In this document: one piece after another, positions 40,312-51,823 of the stretch
How positions within the stretch are numbered: the first letter of the stretch is position 1
Layout: every line of letters begins with the position of its first letter
From: an uncultured cyanobacterium
GTDB taxonomy: Bacteria; Cyanobacteriota; Cyanobacteriia; Cyanobacteriales; CAWUOF01
Direction: 5' to 3'
Assembly: GCA_963744145.1 (NCBI GenBank)
Contig: CAVUSO010000001.1
Location: 3,872,001 to 3,936,000, forward strand
DNA: 64,000 nucleotides
Position numbers and translations under genes: made by a program
Notes under the pieces: model-generated
The model's input: only the letters and a program-made list of their open reading frames with translations
The model's database searches: none
What the model was told of the DNA's origin: nothing

Positions 40312-42713
40312 ATGACCAAGAACTGGAATTTTATTGGCGATCGGCAAACAATCGGGCAAATAGTATTATTCACAATTCTTCATATTTGGGTTTCCGAGAT
40401 TTCACTTTCTTTATCCTATATCCCTGGAGCTGCAACTCCAATTTGGATTGCTTCGGGGACAGATTTTGCGGCTGTATTATTAGGATATCGTCTTTGGCCC
40501 AGTATTTTTTTTGGTGAATTAATCCATTATATTTTGACCCAAGGATTAACACCAACACATATACTTGTGGGGATGGGTTTTGGGATTGCAGATACAATCG
40601 ATCGACTTTTAGCGATGTATCTCATGAATAAATATGCCAAAGGTCGATATTTCCTGAATTATGTTCAGGATATATTTTATTTTATTCTATTTGTAGTTAT
40701 ACTAACACCAATAATTAGTTCCACCATTGGAGCAATAACTATTTGTTTATTTAACCAAGCTCCCTGGACTGAATATGCAGTAGTTTGGTGGACTTGGTGG
40801 ACGGGGGTCGCAATCGGTGGACTAGTATTTGCACCAATTATCTTAGCTTGGAGTCGAGGTCTAAGACAACTGAAGTTACGTTTTCAACCCAAAGCTTTAG
40901 AAGCAATTCTCTTATTATTGTTAGTAATTACTATCAGCGAAATTAGTTTTGGTGGTGGTTATCCAATTATCTATATGTTGATTCCCCTTCTAGTATGGTC
41001 AGCTTTTCGATTTGGTCATAAAGGAGCAACATTATTAATTGTCATCATCTCGATTATTTCCATGGTAGGAACAGCTCGCGACTTCGGTCCATTTGTGCGT
41101 CCTTCTCGGAATGAATCTCTTTTATTATTACAATCATTTATGGGTGTGATTGCGCTAACTACATTAATTTTATCTGCGGTAATCGCGGAAAACAAGGAAG
41201 CTCAAAAAAATCTAAAAAAGAACAATGAAGAACTCGAAAAACGAGTGGAAGAGCGCACATTAGAACTTAAAAAAGCTAAAGAAATTGCCGAAACAGCGAA
41301 CAAAGCTAAAAGCGAATTTTTAGCGAATATGAGTCACGAATTAAGAACTCCCTTGAATGGGATTCTCGGATATACCCAAATCATGCAACGCAGTTCCGAC
41401 TTAAACGAGCATAAAAATAATATTAATATTATTCACCAATGTGGGAGTCACTTACTAGATTTAATTAATGATATCCTAGACCTGTCTAAAATTGAAGCTA
41501 GGAAAATGGAATTAGTAGTCAAAGATTTTGACTTTGCTTATTTTCTGAATAGTATTACCGAAATATCTCGAATTCGTGCCCAACAAAAGGGAATTAACTT
41601 TCATTATCGACCTGACTCAAATCTCCCCAAAATAGTTAAAGCTGACGATAAACGTCTACGTCAAGTATTAATTAATCTGTTGGGTAACGCGATTAAATTT
41701 ACAGATTTTGGTAGTGTAACTTTTCAGGTAATCACATTAGCAGTAACATCACCAATATCGACAACAGAGTCAATTGTTACGATCCGGTTTTTGATTCAAG
41801 ATACAGGAATCGGAATGACCTTAGCACAAATCCAAAAACTATTTTCTCCCTTTGAACAAGTTGGTACAACATTTCATCATACCGAAGGGACAGGATTAGG
41901 ATTAGCAATTAGTCAAAAAATTGTCAACTTAATGGATAGCAATATTGAAGTTAAAAGTATTCTGGGAGAAGGAAGCATTTTTTGGTTTGATTTAAACTTA
42001 CCTATAGGTAGTAAATCCAAAAATGAGGTTACGATTGATCATAAAGGTAAAATTATTGGCTATACCGGTCAACACCGAAAAATTTTAATCGTTGATGATC
42101 TACTTGTCAATCGTTCCATCTTGCTAGGAATTCTTAATCCTTTGGGTTTTGATTGTCTGGAAGCTACTAATGGAGAAGAAGGATTAATTAAAACCCAAGA
42201 ATTTCAGCCACATTTGATTATAACTGACTTAGTAATGCCCATTTTAGATGGATTTGATTTTACCCGTCGCTTACGTCAATTATCTGAAGGAAAAGATTCA
42301 TTATCATTGCTTCTAGTGCTAGCGTATTAGCGGAAAATCAAGTTACTAGTATTGAAGCTGGATGTAATGACTTCCTCCCGAAACCAATTGAAATCGAAAA
42401 ACTATTAATTTGTCTCCAGAAATATCTAAAGTTAGAATGGATTTATGAAGCAGAATCCCCACCTAAAAATATTATAACAAGTTTAGATTTAGTTGAAAAT
42501 AAACCGATTATTATTCCACCTGCTGCTGAATTAACTCAAATTTATGCAGCAGCTAAAATTGGTGATATTACCGCGATCGAAACTGAAGCTAAACGTTTAC
42601 AAAAACTTGATCCTCAATATAAGTCTTTTGTTCAGCAAATATTAATTCTGGTGGAAATTTTTGAAGATCAAAAAATTTTAGACTTACTTGAATCCTGGTT
42701 ACCAAAAGAGTAA
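40312..42713 (+). CDS. MASE1-domain hybrid histidine kinase (HisKA-HATPase-REC), frameshifted near 42297
   Basis: Multi-TM MASE1, [24 protein letters not shown]...DLVMP. Continuation IIIASSAS...FLPKP...LEWIYE in another frame to TAA 42713. Confidence 0.85.
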
Positions 42714-42849
42714 TTTTGGTTGAGCAGAATCAACTCTCCCATTTGACCTTTCCCCCAACCCCTCTCCTCAGAGGAAAGGGGAGCAGAATTAATCCGATTA
42801 AATCTCAAATAAATTTAATTATCTTAATTACTCCCCCTTCCCTCCTAGG

Positions 42850-44567
42850 CTATCCATTAGTCACATCTTTCTTAACAATCCTGAAACTATTACCTAGTAA
42901 CGGTTTCAGGATTCATGGCCGCAGGTGGAGTTGACTAATTGCACAGAATATGCAATTGAGAGCTGCGGGCGGACTAGGAGTGAGCTATACAGCAGTGGTC
43001 GCTCAGAAGAAAAGTCTTGATGAGTATAGTATAGAGAGGAAAAGAAGAAGTAAGGTGGAAGGAAAAAATGGAAAAGTGGGCAGAGCAAGAATTAGCCACA
43101 GTAGACTTGGGAGATGCGAGGAGAAACAAGCGATTAATTCGGTTGGTGGAAGATTTAGCCGCACAACCAACCAGCAGCGTCCCACAAGCTTGTGGCAATA
43201 GTGCAGCTACTAGTGCGGCTTATGACTTGTGGAAGTCGCCCTATTTTCAGCCATCAGATATCCGACAGGCACATACAGCCAGCACGATCGAAAGAATTAA
43301 AGCGCATCAGACAGTATTAGCAATACAAGATACCACAAATATCGATTTAACCAATCATCCTAGCACGAGAGGGATTGGTTATTTAGATCACCGAAAATCA
43401 GCCGGAATAAAAGTACATTCAACGCTAGCTGTAACCACTTCAGGAGTACCATTAGGGATAATTGAGCAACAGGTATGGACTAGAGAGCTGGCGAATTTGG
43501 GGATAGCCAAAAAACGGCGGGAAAGAGAAATTAAAGAAAAGGAAAGCCACCGCTGGTTGGCAGGATTAAAAGTTACAGAAAATTTAATCCCAAGTGATAT
43601 TCAAGTAGTAACCGTGGCGGATTCAGAAGCTGACATATTTGAGCTATTTAGCCAGCCTCGTGCCGCCAATTCCCATTTACTAATTCGCGGTACTCATAAT
43701 CGGAAAGTAGACCATTCTGCCCAATATTTACATCAAGCGATCCGTCAAACTCCCGCAGCAGGAGAATTAAGTATAGAAGTCAAAAGAAATCCGACACATC
43801 AAGCTAGAACTGCCGTTCTGACAGTACGATTCGCCACTTTAGAGATTCAAGTTCCAGCACACCATATCGGGCGAAAGCAACTCCAACCAGTCAAATTACA
43901 AGTAATTCTAGCATTAGAAGAAAACCCAGAACCCGGAGTTAAACCGATTAGTTGGTTGTTAATTACCAGTCTGGAAGTTAATGACTTAGCAGCGGCAGTC
44001 CAATGTGTAGAATGGTATACATACCGTTGGTTAATAGAACGCTATCATTACACTCTAAAAAGTGGGTGTGGAATTGAGAAATTACAACTAGAAACCGTGC
44101 GAAGAATCGAAATGGCCTTAGCGACTTATACGATTGTAAGTTGGCGTTTATTATGGCTTACATATTCGGCTAGAACGAATCCAATGGCATCGAGTGCTGA
44201 GGTTTTAGAAACTCATGAATGGCAATCTTTATGTGCGACTATTACTAAAAATCCTATCCCTCCAAAAACTCCACCTTCTTTACAAGAAGCCGTCCGTATG
44301 ATCGCGATGTTGGGGGGATTTTTAGGTCGAAAAGGTGATGGTGAACCGGGAGTAAAAACGATTTGGAGAGGATTAAGAAGATTACATGATATTGCAGCTA
44401 CCTGGAAATTATGTACTTAAATTGGCTGGTGTATAGTTATTACTCTCCAACTCGTTACCAGATCATATTCTGGATCATTTTGTCAAGTAGCTTAATTACT
44501 ATTAATCCTGAAACCGTTACGGGGTAATAGTTTCAGGATTGTTAAGAAAGATGTGACTAATGGATAG
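42850..44567 (+). mobile_element. IS4-family (IS50/Tn5-like) insertion sequence with 64-bp TIRs and 10-bp TSD
   Basis: TIR ctatccattagtcacatctttcttaacaatcctgaaac...; TSD CCCTCCTAGG at 42840-42849 and 44568-44577. Confidence 0.95.
43068..44420 (+). CDS. IS4 family transposase
   Basis: WAEQEL...LGDARR, QDTT, VADSEAD, Y-x2-R-W-x-IE-x6-K (YREK), LGGFLGRKGDGEPG. Confidence 0.96.
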   Translation: MEKWAEQELATVDLGDARRNKRLIRLVEDLAAQPTSSVPQACGNSAATSAAYDLWKSPYFQPSDIRQAHTASTIERIKAHQTVLAIQDTTNIDLTNHPSTRGIGYLDHRKSAGIKVHSTLAVTTSGVPLGIIEQQVWTRELANLGIAKKRREREIKEKESHRWLAGLKVTENLIPSDIQVVTVADSEADIFELFSQPRAANSHLLIRGTHNRKVDHSAQYLHQAIRQTPAAGELSIEVKRNPTHQARTAVLTVRFATLEIQVPAHHIGRKQLQPVKLQVILALEENPEPGVKPISWLLITSLEVNDLAAAVQCVEWYTYRWLIERYHYTLKSGCGIEKLQLETVRRIEMALATYTIVSWRLLWLTYSARTNPMASSAEVLETHEWQSLCATITKNPIPPKTPPSLQEAVRMIAMLGGFLGRKGDGEPGVKTIWRGLRRLHDIAATWKLCT

Positions 44568-44629
44568 CCCTCCTAGGGAAGGGGGTTGGGAGGTTAGGTC
44601 TAATCACTGAGCAGAGTTTGAAACCGAAT

Positions 44630-45256
44630 CTATTCCTTAGAGCTTTCAACTTGACGAGATTCTAACCAAATTGGGATCGCAATCCACGCAACTACTATAA
44701 CCAAAGCAACTAGAGCAAATTTAGCAGCTAAATTAATTAATTGCTCTAAGGGGATAATTTGCCCAACAAAGAATGATAATGTTACCATGACTGTTGCCCA
44801 AGATACAGCTCCAGCCAAGTTATAAATGCTAAATTTGAGATAGGGCATTTCCACAATTCCTGCTAATGGACTAGCAAAAACTCGTAATAAAGCCAGAAAA
44901 CGACCAAGAAATACAGTTTTACCAGCGTTTTCACTGAATTGTGTCTTTAAACTCTCTAGTTTTTCTTCTTTAATGCGAAAAAAACTTCCTGCTGTTACTA
45001 GTAATTTCCATCCACCAGCTCTACCAATCCAATAACCAAAATTACCTCCTAGAACGGCTCCAGCGATCGCACAACCAAGTACAATCCAGTAATTTAGTTC
45101 TTTGCTCCCTGCTAAAAACCCACCCACGATGGTAATAGTTTCACCAGGTAGGGGTAACCCAAGATTCTCTAACATAATTCCCAAAAAAATTGCCCAATAG
45201 CCATATTGGTGGGCAATTTCCTGGATATTCTCCAGTGAAATGAATTCCAAAGACAT
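44630..45256 (-). CDS. DedA family membrane protein
   Basis: LENLGLPLPGE, GYWIG, GRFLALLR. Confidence 0.92.
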   Translation of the reverse strand: MSLEFISLENIQEIAHQYGYWAIFLGIMLENLGLPLPGETITIVGGFLAGSKELNYWIVLGCAIAGAVLGGNFGYWIGRAGGWKLLVTAGSFFRIKEEKLESLKTQFSENAGKTVFLGRFLALLRVFASPLAGIVEMPYLKFSIYNLAGAVSWATVMVTLSFFVGQIIPLEQLINLAAKFALVALVIVVAWIAIPIWLESRQVESSKE

Positions 45257-45331
45257 TGCCGAGAACCTTTACAAAATTTAATTACTTCTTTCATCTTGCG
45301 GCGATCGAGAGCAAAATGTCAATCTGGTCAA

Positions 45332-46048
45332 TTAGGGAATTATCTGGAGATCCACCAAAGGTAATGCTTGTAAACAGTACCAATGACAGACAAATAAATT
45401 AGGCTGCTGGACACCAATGCTAGCGATCGCAGGAGGAGCAGGAAAAGGCCATAATCGGTCAAAATAGATCTGATCAGCTACACCAAACTGGAGCAAATAG
45501 GTGGCGGGTGGGGCATTTAGCGATCGCAACAATCGATAAGCTAATTTATATAAATCCTGACGAGTCGCATCGGATAAATGCCAGGGTTGAGTATACTTCC
45601 ATTCCGATGAGCCTAAATCCAGCTCTATTTGGGTCGGTAAACTTCCCTCTCCTAAAGCGATCGCTTCTCCATAGAGTGGACCTTTAGCTGTTAAGACCAC
45701 AGGTAACCAAAGCTGACCATTTCCGGTCTGGTATCCCATCTGCACTACTTTGGTGCGTAGACCGATCACATCTTGACAAGCTTGATAAATATCTTTTCCC
45801 TGAAAAGAGATATTTTCTGGCAAATTTAAGGTGAACGGGCAAATCAGCAAATTTTGGTCAGCACCCTGATGATTGGCACTTTTTTCTAAGCGATCGCGAG
45901 CTGTTTGGGGAGATAATACCGTTACTGAGGTAGATTCAGAGCCAGGACTATTAATAATTGCTGCTTGGAAAGCAGAGAGCATAGAACTTACCGTAGTAGA
46001 AAGTTCTGCCTGAGCTTCTACCACAATCCATAGATCAAGCATTACCAA
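45332..46048 (-). CDS. conserved hypothetical protein
   Basis: WLPVVLTAKGPLYGEAI, FDRLWPFP; overlaps the upstream gene by 14 nt. Confidence 0.8.
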   Translation of the reverse strand: MVMLDLWIVVEAQAELSTTVSSMLSAFQAAIINSPGSESTSVTVLSPQTARDRLEKSANHQGADQNLLICPFTLNLPENISFQGKDIYQACQDVIGLRTKVVQMGYQTGNGQLWLPVVLTAKGPLYGEAIALGEGSLPTQIELDLGSSEWKYTQPWHLSDATRQDLYKLAYRLLRSLNAPPATYLLQFGVADQIYFDRLWPFPAPPAIASIGVQQPNLFVCHWYCLQALPLVDLQIIP

Positions 46049-46589
46049 AATTAGGTAAATTTAAAGAATCACCATCAGCTGCTGGGAAACTGGGCAAATC
46101 TAGTTTAGTAGCACGACGGTTTCTGATTGCTAATCGATAACTCACACTTTGTAATTCTGCATGAAGTTGACGATTTTCCCGTTGTAACATGGCTACTTTT
46201 TCTTTAACTGGCTCAATTCTTTCTGCAAACTTCTCGCGATAAACATTTGGTAGCTCTTGCACCGCTTGTTCTAACATCCGCGATCGCTCAGTTAATTCTT
46301 GCACAGATTGACGGAGTTGATAAATTTCCTGATCCCGTTCGGCAATCTGTTCTTGGTAAAATTTCACCTGTTGCTCGACTGCTTCTAGTTGTTCGCGCAA
46401 AGCTTTGAGCTGGGCTTCATAATTTTCACTATTTTCGGAATTAGGAATAAAAGTTGTATTACCCTTAACCAATCGAAACAGTTCTTGAGACAGTTGCTGG
46501 ACTAGCTGATCTCTTGTTTGTAACGCTTCCTGGAGACGAGAAACTTCTGCTTGCTGGGATTGTAGGCTAAAAGAATTGCTTGGATTCAC
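46035..46589 (-). CDS. conserved coiled-coil protein (Npun_F5560-like)
   Basis: RDQLVQQLSQELFRLVKGN...LHAELQSVSYRLA. Confidence 0.8.
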   Translation of the reverse strand: MNPSNSFSLQSQQAEVSRLQEALQTRDQLVQQLSQELFRLVKGNTTFIPNSENSENYEAQLKALREQLEAVEQQVKFYQEQIAERDQEIYQLRQSVQELTERSRMLEQAVQELPNVYREKFAERIEPVKEKVAMLQRENRQLHAELQSVSYRLAIRNRRATKLDLPSFPAADGDSLNLPNFGNA

Positions 46590-46680
46590 TTTGGCTCTCC
46601 TAACTTTCAGGGGATATAGGCGCTAATTTAACATTTTACTATAATGGGTAACAGCTAATTTGCTATTACCCATCATCAAT

Positions 46681-47010
46681 CTAAGCTTCTACTACCTCAG
46701 CTACTGGTTTAGCTTTAGGTATTTCTTGCTTCACCGTGAGATAACGAATCACTTCATCACTCAAGCGCATGGCCCGTTCTAAGATCGCGATCGCCCCACC
46801 ATTGCTGGTTTGATAGTTCATCTGAATATAAATACCGTCTCGCTGACGTTTAATTTCATAAGCGAGCCGTCTTTTACCGCGATGTTGGATTTCTATTTCT
46901 TCGACACCTTGCTCACGTAAGAGCGTTTGATATTTCTGGATTGCCTTATCTGCGGTTTCTTCTCCGAGATCAGGACGCAAAATGTACATCGTTTCGTAAA
47001 CGTAGTTCAT
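46681..47010 (-). CDS. rpsF: 30S ribosomal protein S6
   Basis: [24 protein letters not shown]. Confidence 0.97.
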   Translation of the reverse strand: MNYVYETMYILRPDLGEETADKAIQKYQTLLREQGVEEIEIQHRGKRRLAYEIKRQRDGIYIQMNYQTSNGGAIAILERAMRLSDEVIRYLTVKQEIPKAKPVAEVVEA

Positions 47011-47018
47011 CAATAAAA

Positions 47019-47097
47019 TCTCCTTTTGGACTAGACCGCTCAGTTGCTCTGGACAGTTGTCAAACTAACTCTGACCCATTGCTTGAGTAGCAAGGAT
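47019..47097 (-). promoter_or_regulatory. putative S6:S18-binding rpsF leader RNA
   Basis: Minus strand ATCCTTGC...CTCA...TGAG...GTCCAAAAGGAGA: the anti-SD pairs with the SD and a CCR motif precedes it. Confidence 0.5.
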
Positions 47098-47337
47098 TTA
47101 CGGTAGATCTAACTTAGTCTTTAGTTTAACGCGATCAGAGGGGTAAACATTCATCACTCAAACTTCGACCCACAAGCAAAATCTTTGGTAAAATCGCAAA
47201 TGCCTGGTGAAAAACTGGCGATCGCTATCTTATAACAAAATGTTATTTTCGACTACTAGGAAACCTGGGTAACAATCGGATCTGATTTCTGACCCCAATC
47301 TCCCACATTTCACCCATTTATGGCACAATTGAAGGCT

Positions 47338-48129
47338 ATGGCACATCGCTACGTCCGCATTCAAACAGCCCAAGGACAGATTTATTATGGGTTTTTGCAA
47401 CTAAGTCGAGGAGTTCAAGTTTTTGATGCTCCCCCTTGGTTAAAAGGACAACCCACGGATCTCCAATTAGAACCTGATAGCTATCAACTCTTAGCTCCCT
47501 GTTCTCCTTCTAAAATTATCGCTGTTGGCAAAAATTATACTAATCACGCTGCCGAAATGGGGACACCTGTACCCACTGAACCACTGCTATTTCTCAAACC
47601 ACCCACATCAGTAATTGCGGTGGGAAGTCCAATTAAGTATCCACCCCAATCCCAACGAGTAGATTATGAAGGAGAACTCGCGATCGTGATTGGTGATCGT
47701 TGTACTGATTGTACTCCCGAACAAGCCCAAACCAAAATTTGGGGTTATACGATCGCTAATGATGTCACGGCTCGGGATTTACAACAGCGCGATGGACAAT
47801 GGACTAGAGGTAAAGGTTTTGATACATTTTGTCCTCTGGGTCCCTGGATTGTCCGTGAATTAAGTCCAGGAGCCCGTTTACAGACATTTTTAAATGATCA
47901 CTCTGAACCAGTGCAATCCGCAACTATTGAGGAAATGGTATTTGCACCAGATTTTTTAGTCTCCTATATTAGTCAGGTCATGACCTTATTACCAGGAGAT
48001 GTAATTTTAACCGGAACACCAGCAGGAATCGGACCAATGCAAATTGGCGATCGGGTGCGGGTAGAAATTGAGGGAATTGGTTCTTTAGATAATCCGGTTG
48101 TTGCTCGACAGGAGCCAATTAAAACTTAA
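47338..48129 (+). CDS. fumarylacetoacetate hydrolase family protein
   Basis: GKNY-H, FLKP, DYEGEL, NDVTARD, GKGFDTFCPLGP, TGTPAG. Confidence 0.93.
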   Translation: MAHRYVRIQTAQGQIYYGFLQLSRGVQVFDAPPWLKGQPTDLQLEPDSYQLLAPCSPSKIIAVGKNYTNHAAEMGTPVPTEPLLFLKPPTSVIAVGSPIKYPPQSQRVDYEGELAIVIGDRCTDCTPEQAQTKIWGYTIANDVTARDLQQRDGQWTRGKGFDTFCPLGPWIVRELSPGARLQTFLNDHSEPVQSATIEEMVFAPDFLVSYISQVMTLLPGDVILTGTPAGIGPMQIGDRVRVEIEGIGSLDNPVVARQEPIKT

Positions 48130-48136
48130 CTCTAAA

Positions 48137-48634
48137 TTAAGGTACTTGGGTATTAGCCGCATCGGAAATTGTGGGGATTGTAGCATAATTTCCTAATGCT
48201 GATTGAAAAATTGAATATCCGCAGGCTGCGACAATACCTAAAAATACCATATTAGAAAGTGTTTCCATGATTAATCCGCTAGTTCCAAAAACAGGAGTAA
48301 TTAGATATTGTGCAATTAAGCCGGCTATTGATACTACAATATCTAACAAAATAGCCTGCATTGTATTAAACCGAATAAAACGAGAAATATCCGGATTTCT
48401 GACAACTAAGAGTAACAAAGCTAATAAAATTAACAAATCTCCAAATCCGGCTAACAATGAGTTTAATTGTCCTATAATTAACACAAAAGGAGCTAAAGGT
48501 AAAAAAAGGATTTGGAGGATTGGTAACTGTTTAAACAAAAATATTCCGAATCCCAGCACAGATATTAAGGGAATTATGTAAGGTAAACAAGCAAAAACTC
48601 GATCTAAAACTGTAGTTGAGCGATTCCAACTCAT
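48137..48634 (-). CDS. Tic20 family protein
   Basis: DRVFACLPY, RFIRFNTMQAILLD, IPTISDAA. Confidence 0.9.
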   Translation of the reverse strand: MSWNRSTTVLDRVFACLPYIIPLISVLGFGIFLFKQLPILQILFLPLAPFVLIIGQLNSLLAGFGDLLILLALLLLVVRNPDISRFIRFNTMQAILLDIVVSIAGLIAQYLITPVFGTSGLIMETLSNMVFLGIVAACGYSIFQSALGNYATIPTISDAANTQVP

Positions 48635-48774
48635 AAGTAAGACTCCTGAGATTAGGGAAAATACATAACAATGGCAATCTGATCTCAGGATAGCGCAGAG
48701 ACGGGGCTATGATGAAATTTTTACCTAAATCTAATCAGTTAAGGATAACTAATACTTCAGAGCCGGATTTCTAA

Positions 48775-48972
48775 TTATTCAATATTAGCGATCCGGAAGC
48801 CCATCTGACACTGGTATTGTTCTGGTTGTTGGTTAACAGCTTTGGGAAGTGCTTGACCACAGCATAAATGGCCCTGACGCCAGCGAGGTTGACCACTATG
48901 ATCAGCCAGTAAACAAGTTTGACAAACTGTCTGAGGGGCAATAACTTGGTTTTCCATAATTACGACTAACAT
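48775..48972 (-). CDS. small Cys-containing conserved hypothetical protein
   Basis: VCQTCLLAD-GQPRW...YQCQMGFRIA; GGAGG SD. Confidence 0.75.
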   Translation of the reverse strand: MLVVIMENQVIAPQTVCQTCLLADHSGQPRWRQGHLCCGQALPKAVNQQPEQYQCQMGFRIANIE

Positions 48973-49308
48973 TTTCTACCTCCAATTACTTGGCCTATCC
49001 CCTTTATTTCTATTTTAGTTACCGATTTACAAAAAGAAAGAAAATTAACATTTAGCTTAATGATATCTGCTCGAAAAATCAGTAGCTTATGGCTCAAAAC
49101 TACCAAACCATTACAGAATTTAGGCACTTTGAGATCATCAACCCAGCTCGATCCAGACAAGCGAGTTAGTTATGGCCACAATTCAATTCAGGAAAAACAG
49201 AGTTAAAATCATTTATTCAGGACAAGCTGGCCAAAAAAGTCTGCTGGTTCGATCAAGCAGTTAATCTGAGCAATATCTGACTCAAATATTTTTACCGAGG
49301 TGTGGTTG

Positions 49309-50592
49309 ATGAATAAAACTAACTTGGACTTCCTCATTAATAATGATCCAGCGATCGCAGAGTTAATCGGACAGGAACTCAAACGTCAACGGGATCACAT
49401 TGAACTAATTGCCAGCGAAAACTTTACCTCAGCAGCAGTTCTAGCTGCTCAAGGATCAGTTTTAACGAATAAGTATGCCGAAGGATTGCCCGGTAAACGC
49501 TACTATGGTGGCTGTCAATATATAGATGAAATTGAACAGTTAGCGATCGATCGAGCTAAAGAACTATTTGGGGCTGCCCATGCTAACGTCCAACCCCATT
49601 CGGGAGCCCAAGCTAATTTTGCGGTTTTTCTTACCCTGCTCGCACCAGGAGATACCATCATGGGGATGGATTTATCCCACGGTGGACATCTGACCCATGG
49701 TTCACCAGTAAATGTTTCGGGCAAGTGGTTTAAAGTTTGTCATTATGGTGTTAGTCCAGAAACCGAACAACTTGACTATGACTTAATTAGAGACTTAGCC
49801 AAGCAGCACCGACCGAAATTGTTAATTTGCGGTTATTCCGCTTATCCTCGTGTGATTGCATTTGATAAATTTCGGGCGATCGCTGATGAAGTTGGAGCCT
49901 ATTTACTTGCAGATATCGCTCATATTGCTGGATTAGTAGTCACCGGACATCACCCCAATCCGATCGCCTATTGTGATGTAGTCACTACAACTACCCATAA
50001 AACCTTGCGTGGACCGCGAGGTGGCTTAATTATGACTTGTGATGCTGAACTAGGAAAAAAAATCGACAAAGCGGTTTTTCCTGGTACTCAAGGTGGGCCA
50101 CTTGAACATGTCATTGCTGGAAAAGCGGTAGCATTTGGAGAAGCACTGAAGCCAGAATTTAAAACTTATTCTGCCCAAGTGATTGAAAATGCCCGTGCTT
50201 TAGCAGATCAGTTACAAAAAAGAGGTTTTAAGATCGTTTCTGGGGGTACAGATAATCACTTAATGTTGGTTGATTTGCGATCGATCAAGATGACGGGCAA
50301 ACGAGGCGATTTACTGTTGGGTGAAGTTAAGATCACCGCGAATAAAAATACAGTTCCCTTTGATCCAGAATCGCCCTTTGTCACTAGTGGTATACGCTTA
50401 GGTACACCAGCGATGACAACTCGCGGCATGGGAATTGCTGAGTTTATGGAAATTGGTGATATTATTGCCGATCGACTACTCCATCCGGAAGATGAAGCGA
50501 TCGCCCAAAATTGTCGTCTGCGAGTAGCCAAACTTTGCGATCGCTTTCCGCTTTATCCACATCTGGGCAGTTCTCTACCAGCTTTTGCTTAA
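49309..50592 (+). CDS. glyA: serine hydroxymethyltransferase
   Basis: [33 protein letters not shown]. Confidence 0.98.
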   Translation: MNKTNLDFLINNDPAIAELIGQELKRQRDHIELIASENFTSAAVLAAQGSVLTNKYAEGLPGKRYYGGCQYIDEIEQLAIDRAKELFGAAHANVQPHSGAQANFAVFLTLLAPGDTIMGMDLSHGGHLTHGSPVNVSGKWFKVCHYGVSPETEQLDYDLIRDLAKQHRPKLLICGYSAYPRVIAFDKFRAIADEVGAYLLADIAHIAGLVVTGHHPNPIAYCDVVTTTTHKTLRGPRGGLIMTCDAELGKKIDKAVFPGTQGGPLEHVIAGKAVAFGEALKPEFKTYSAQVIENARALADQLQKRGFKIVSGGTDNHLMLVDLRSIKMTGKRGDLLLGEVKITANKNTVPFDPESPFVTSGIRLGTPAMTTRGMGIAEFMEIGDIIADRLLHPEDEAIAQNCRLRVAKLCDRFPLYPHLGSSLPAFA

Positions 50593-50750
50593 AAAAACTG
50601 GGGACTGGGTTTTTGGGCCAATCGGCTCAAGACCAATAACTAATTCCCACCCCAGATTTAGATTTCTTGGCGGAGAACCGTCTGAAATGTAGTAAAAGTA
50701 GGTAGACTTTGCTTGACCTTGCTTTAAGTTCGCACCCTACATCCTTTCAG

Positions 50751-51812
50751 ATGTTTTACCCACAGATGTACCATCTGGTTGCCTTTTTCGTCTCCGCAGG
50801 AGTTGTCCTCTGGAGTACCCCCATCGTTAAAAAAATCGGCCTCAAAAGTGGACGCGTGGATCTTCCCGGTGGACGAAAGGTTCACCAACAGCCTATGGTG
50901 CGCCTGGGAGGTGTGTCTATTTTTGCCGGCACTTTAATTGCGCTGTTGCTAGTTTGGGCGTTGGGCGGGTTTCTGGATGCTAGTGGCCATCCCCTGGGTC
51001 CGGATAAAGAATATGAAGTCTGGGGCGTTACTATTGGTGGTATTGCCTTTTTTCTGATTGGTTTAGCAGATGACCTCTTTAGTCTTTCGGCTACCACCAG
51101 ATTAATTATGCAGGCAATTGTGGCCAGTATTGCCTGGAAAGTTGGTGTTCAAATCGATTTCTTGAGTATTCCTTTGGCTGGTTTGGTGACTTTACCAGAC
51201 TGGATTGGAATGCCCATCACTGTCATTTGGTTAGTCGGGATGGCTAATGCGATTAACTGGATTGATGGTTTAGATGGGTTAGCCGCAGGAGTATCGGGGA
51301 TCGCTGCGGTAGTCATGCTGATTGTGAGCTTGTTTATGCACCAACCCTCCGCAGCTCTAATTGCCGCAGCAATGGCGGGAGGTGCTTTAGGATTTCTGCG
51401 CTATAACTTTAATCCAGCTCAGATATTTATGGGTGATGGTGGTGCTTATTTTATGGGGTTTACTTTAGCTGGAGTTGGTGTGATTGGTTTAGTCAAAACC
51501 ACCGCAGTGACTTCCGTTTTATTACCCTATTTAATTTTAGCTGTGCCGATCGTCGATATGTCAGCAGTGATTTTAGCTCGTCTACGTCACGGTAAGTCTC
51601 CGTTTATTTCTGATAAACGTCACTTACATCACCGATTATTAGAAGCAGGACTTTCTCATCGATTGACAGTTTTGTTTATTTATTCTTTAACTCTGTGGGT
51701 TGGTAGTTTAGCACTAGCTTTTGCAGGTATTCCCAGCGGATTAGCTTATGCAATGGGGGCAACTTTGTTATTAAGTTACACTAGTTGGAAAGTGAAAAAA
51801 CACGCTCGTTAG
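50751..51812 (+). CDS. glycosyltransferase family 4 (WecA/TagO-like GlcNAc-1-P transferase)
   Basis: GLADD, NAINWIDGLDGLA, NFNPAQIFMGDGG, HLHHRL; start uncertain. Confidence 0.92.
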   Translation: MFYPQMYHLVAFFVSAGVVLWSTPIVKKIGLKSGRVDLPGGRKVHQQPMVRLGGVSIFAGTLIALLLVWALGGFLDASGHPLGPDKEYEVWGVTIGGIAFFLIGLADDLFSLSATTRLIMQAIVASIAWKVGVQIDFLSIPLAGLVTLPDWIGMPITVIWLVGMANAINWIDGLDGLAAGVSGIAAVVMLIVSLFMHQPSAALIAAAMAGGALGFLRYNFNPAQIFMGDGGAYFMGFTLAGVGVIGLVKTTAVTSVLLPYLILAVPIVDMSAVILARLRHGKSPFISDKRHLHHRLLEAGLSHRLTVLFIYSLTLWVGSLALAFAGIPSGLAYAMGATLLLSYTSWKVKKHAR

Positions 51813-51823
51813 GTTAAAATAAA

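Noticed and set aside
42716..43201. Cluster of short overlapping ORFs
   Set aside because: They span REP sequence, the IS4 left end and alternative transposase frames
48966..49160. 64-aa minus-strand ORF
   Set aside because: TTG start, no recognisable motif, and it covers the promoter region between divergent genes
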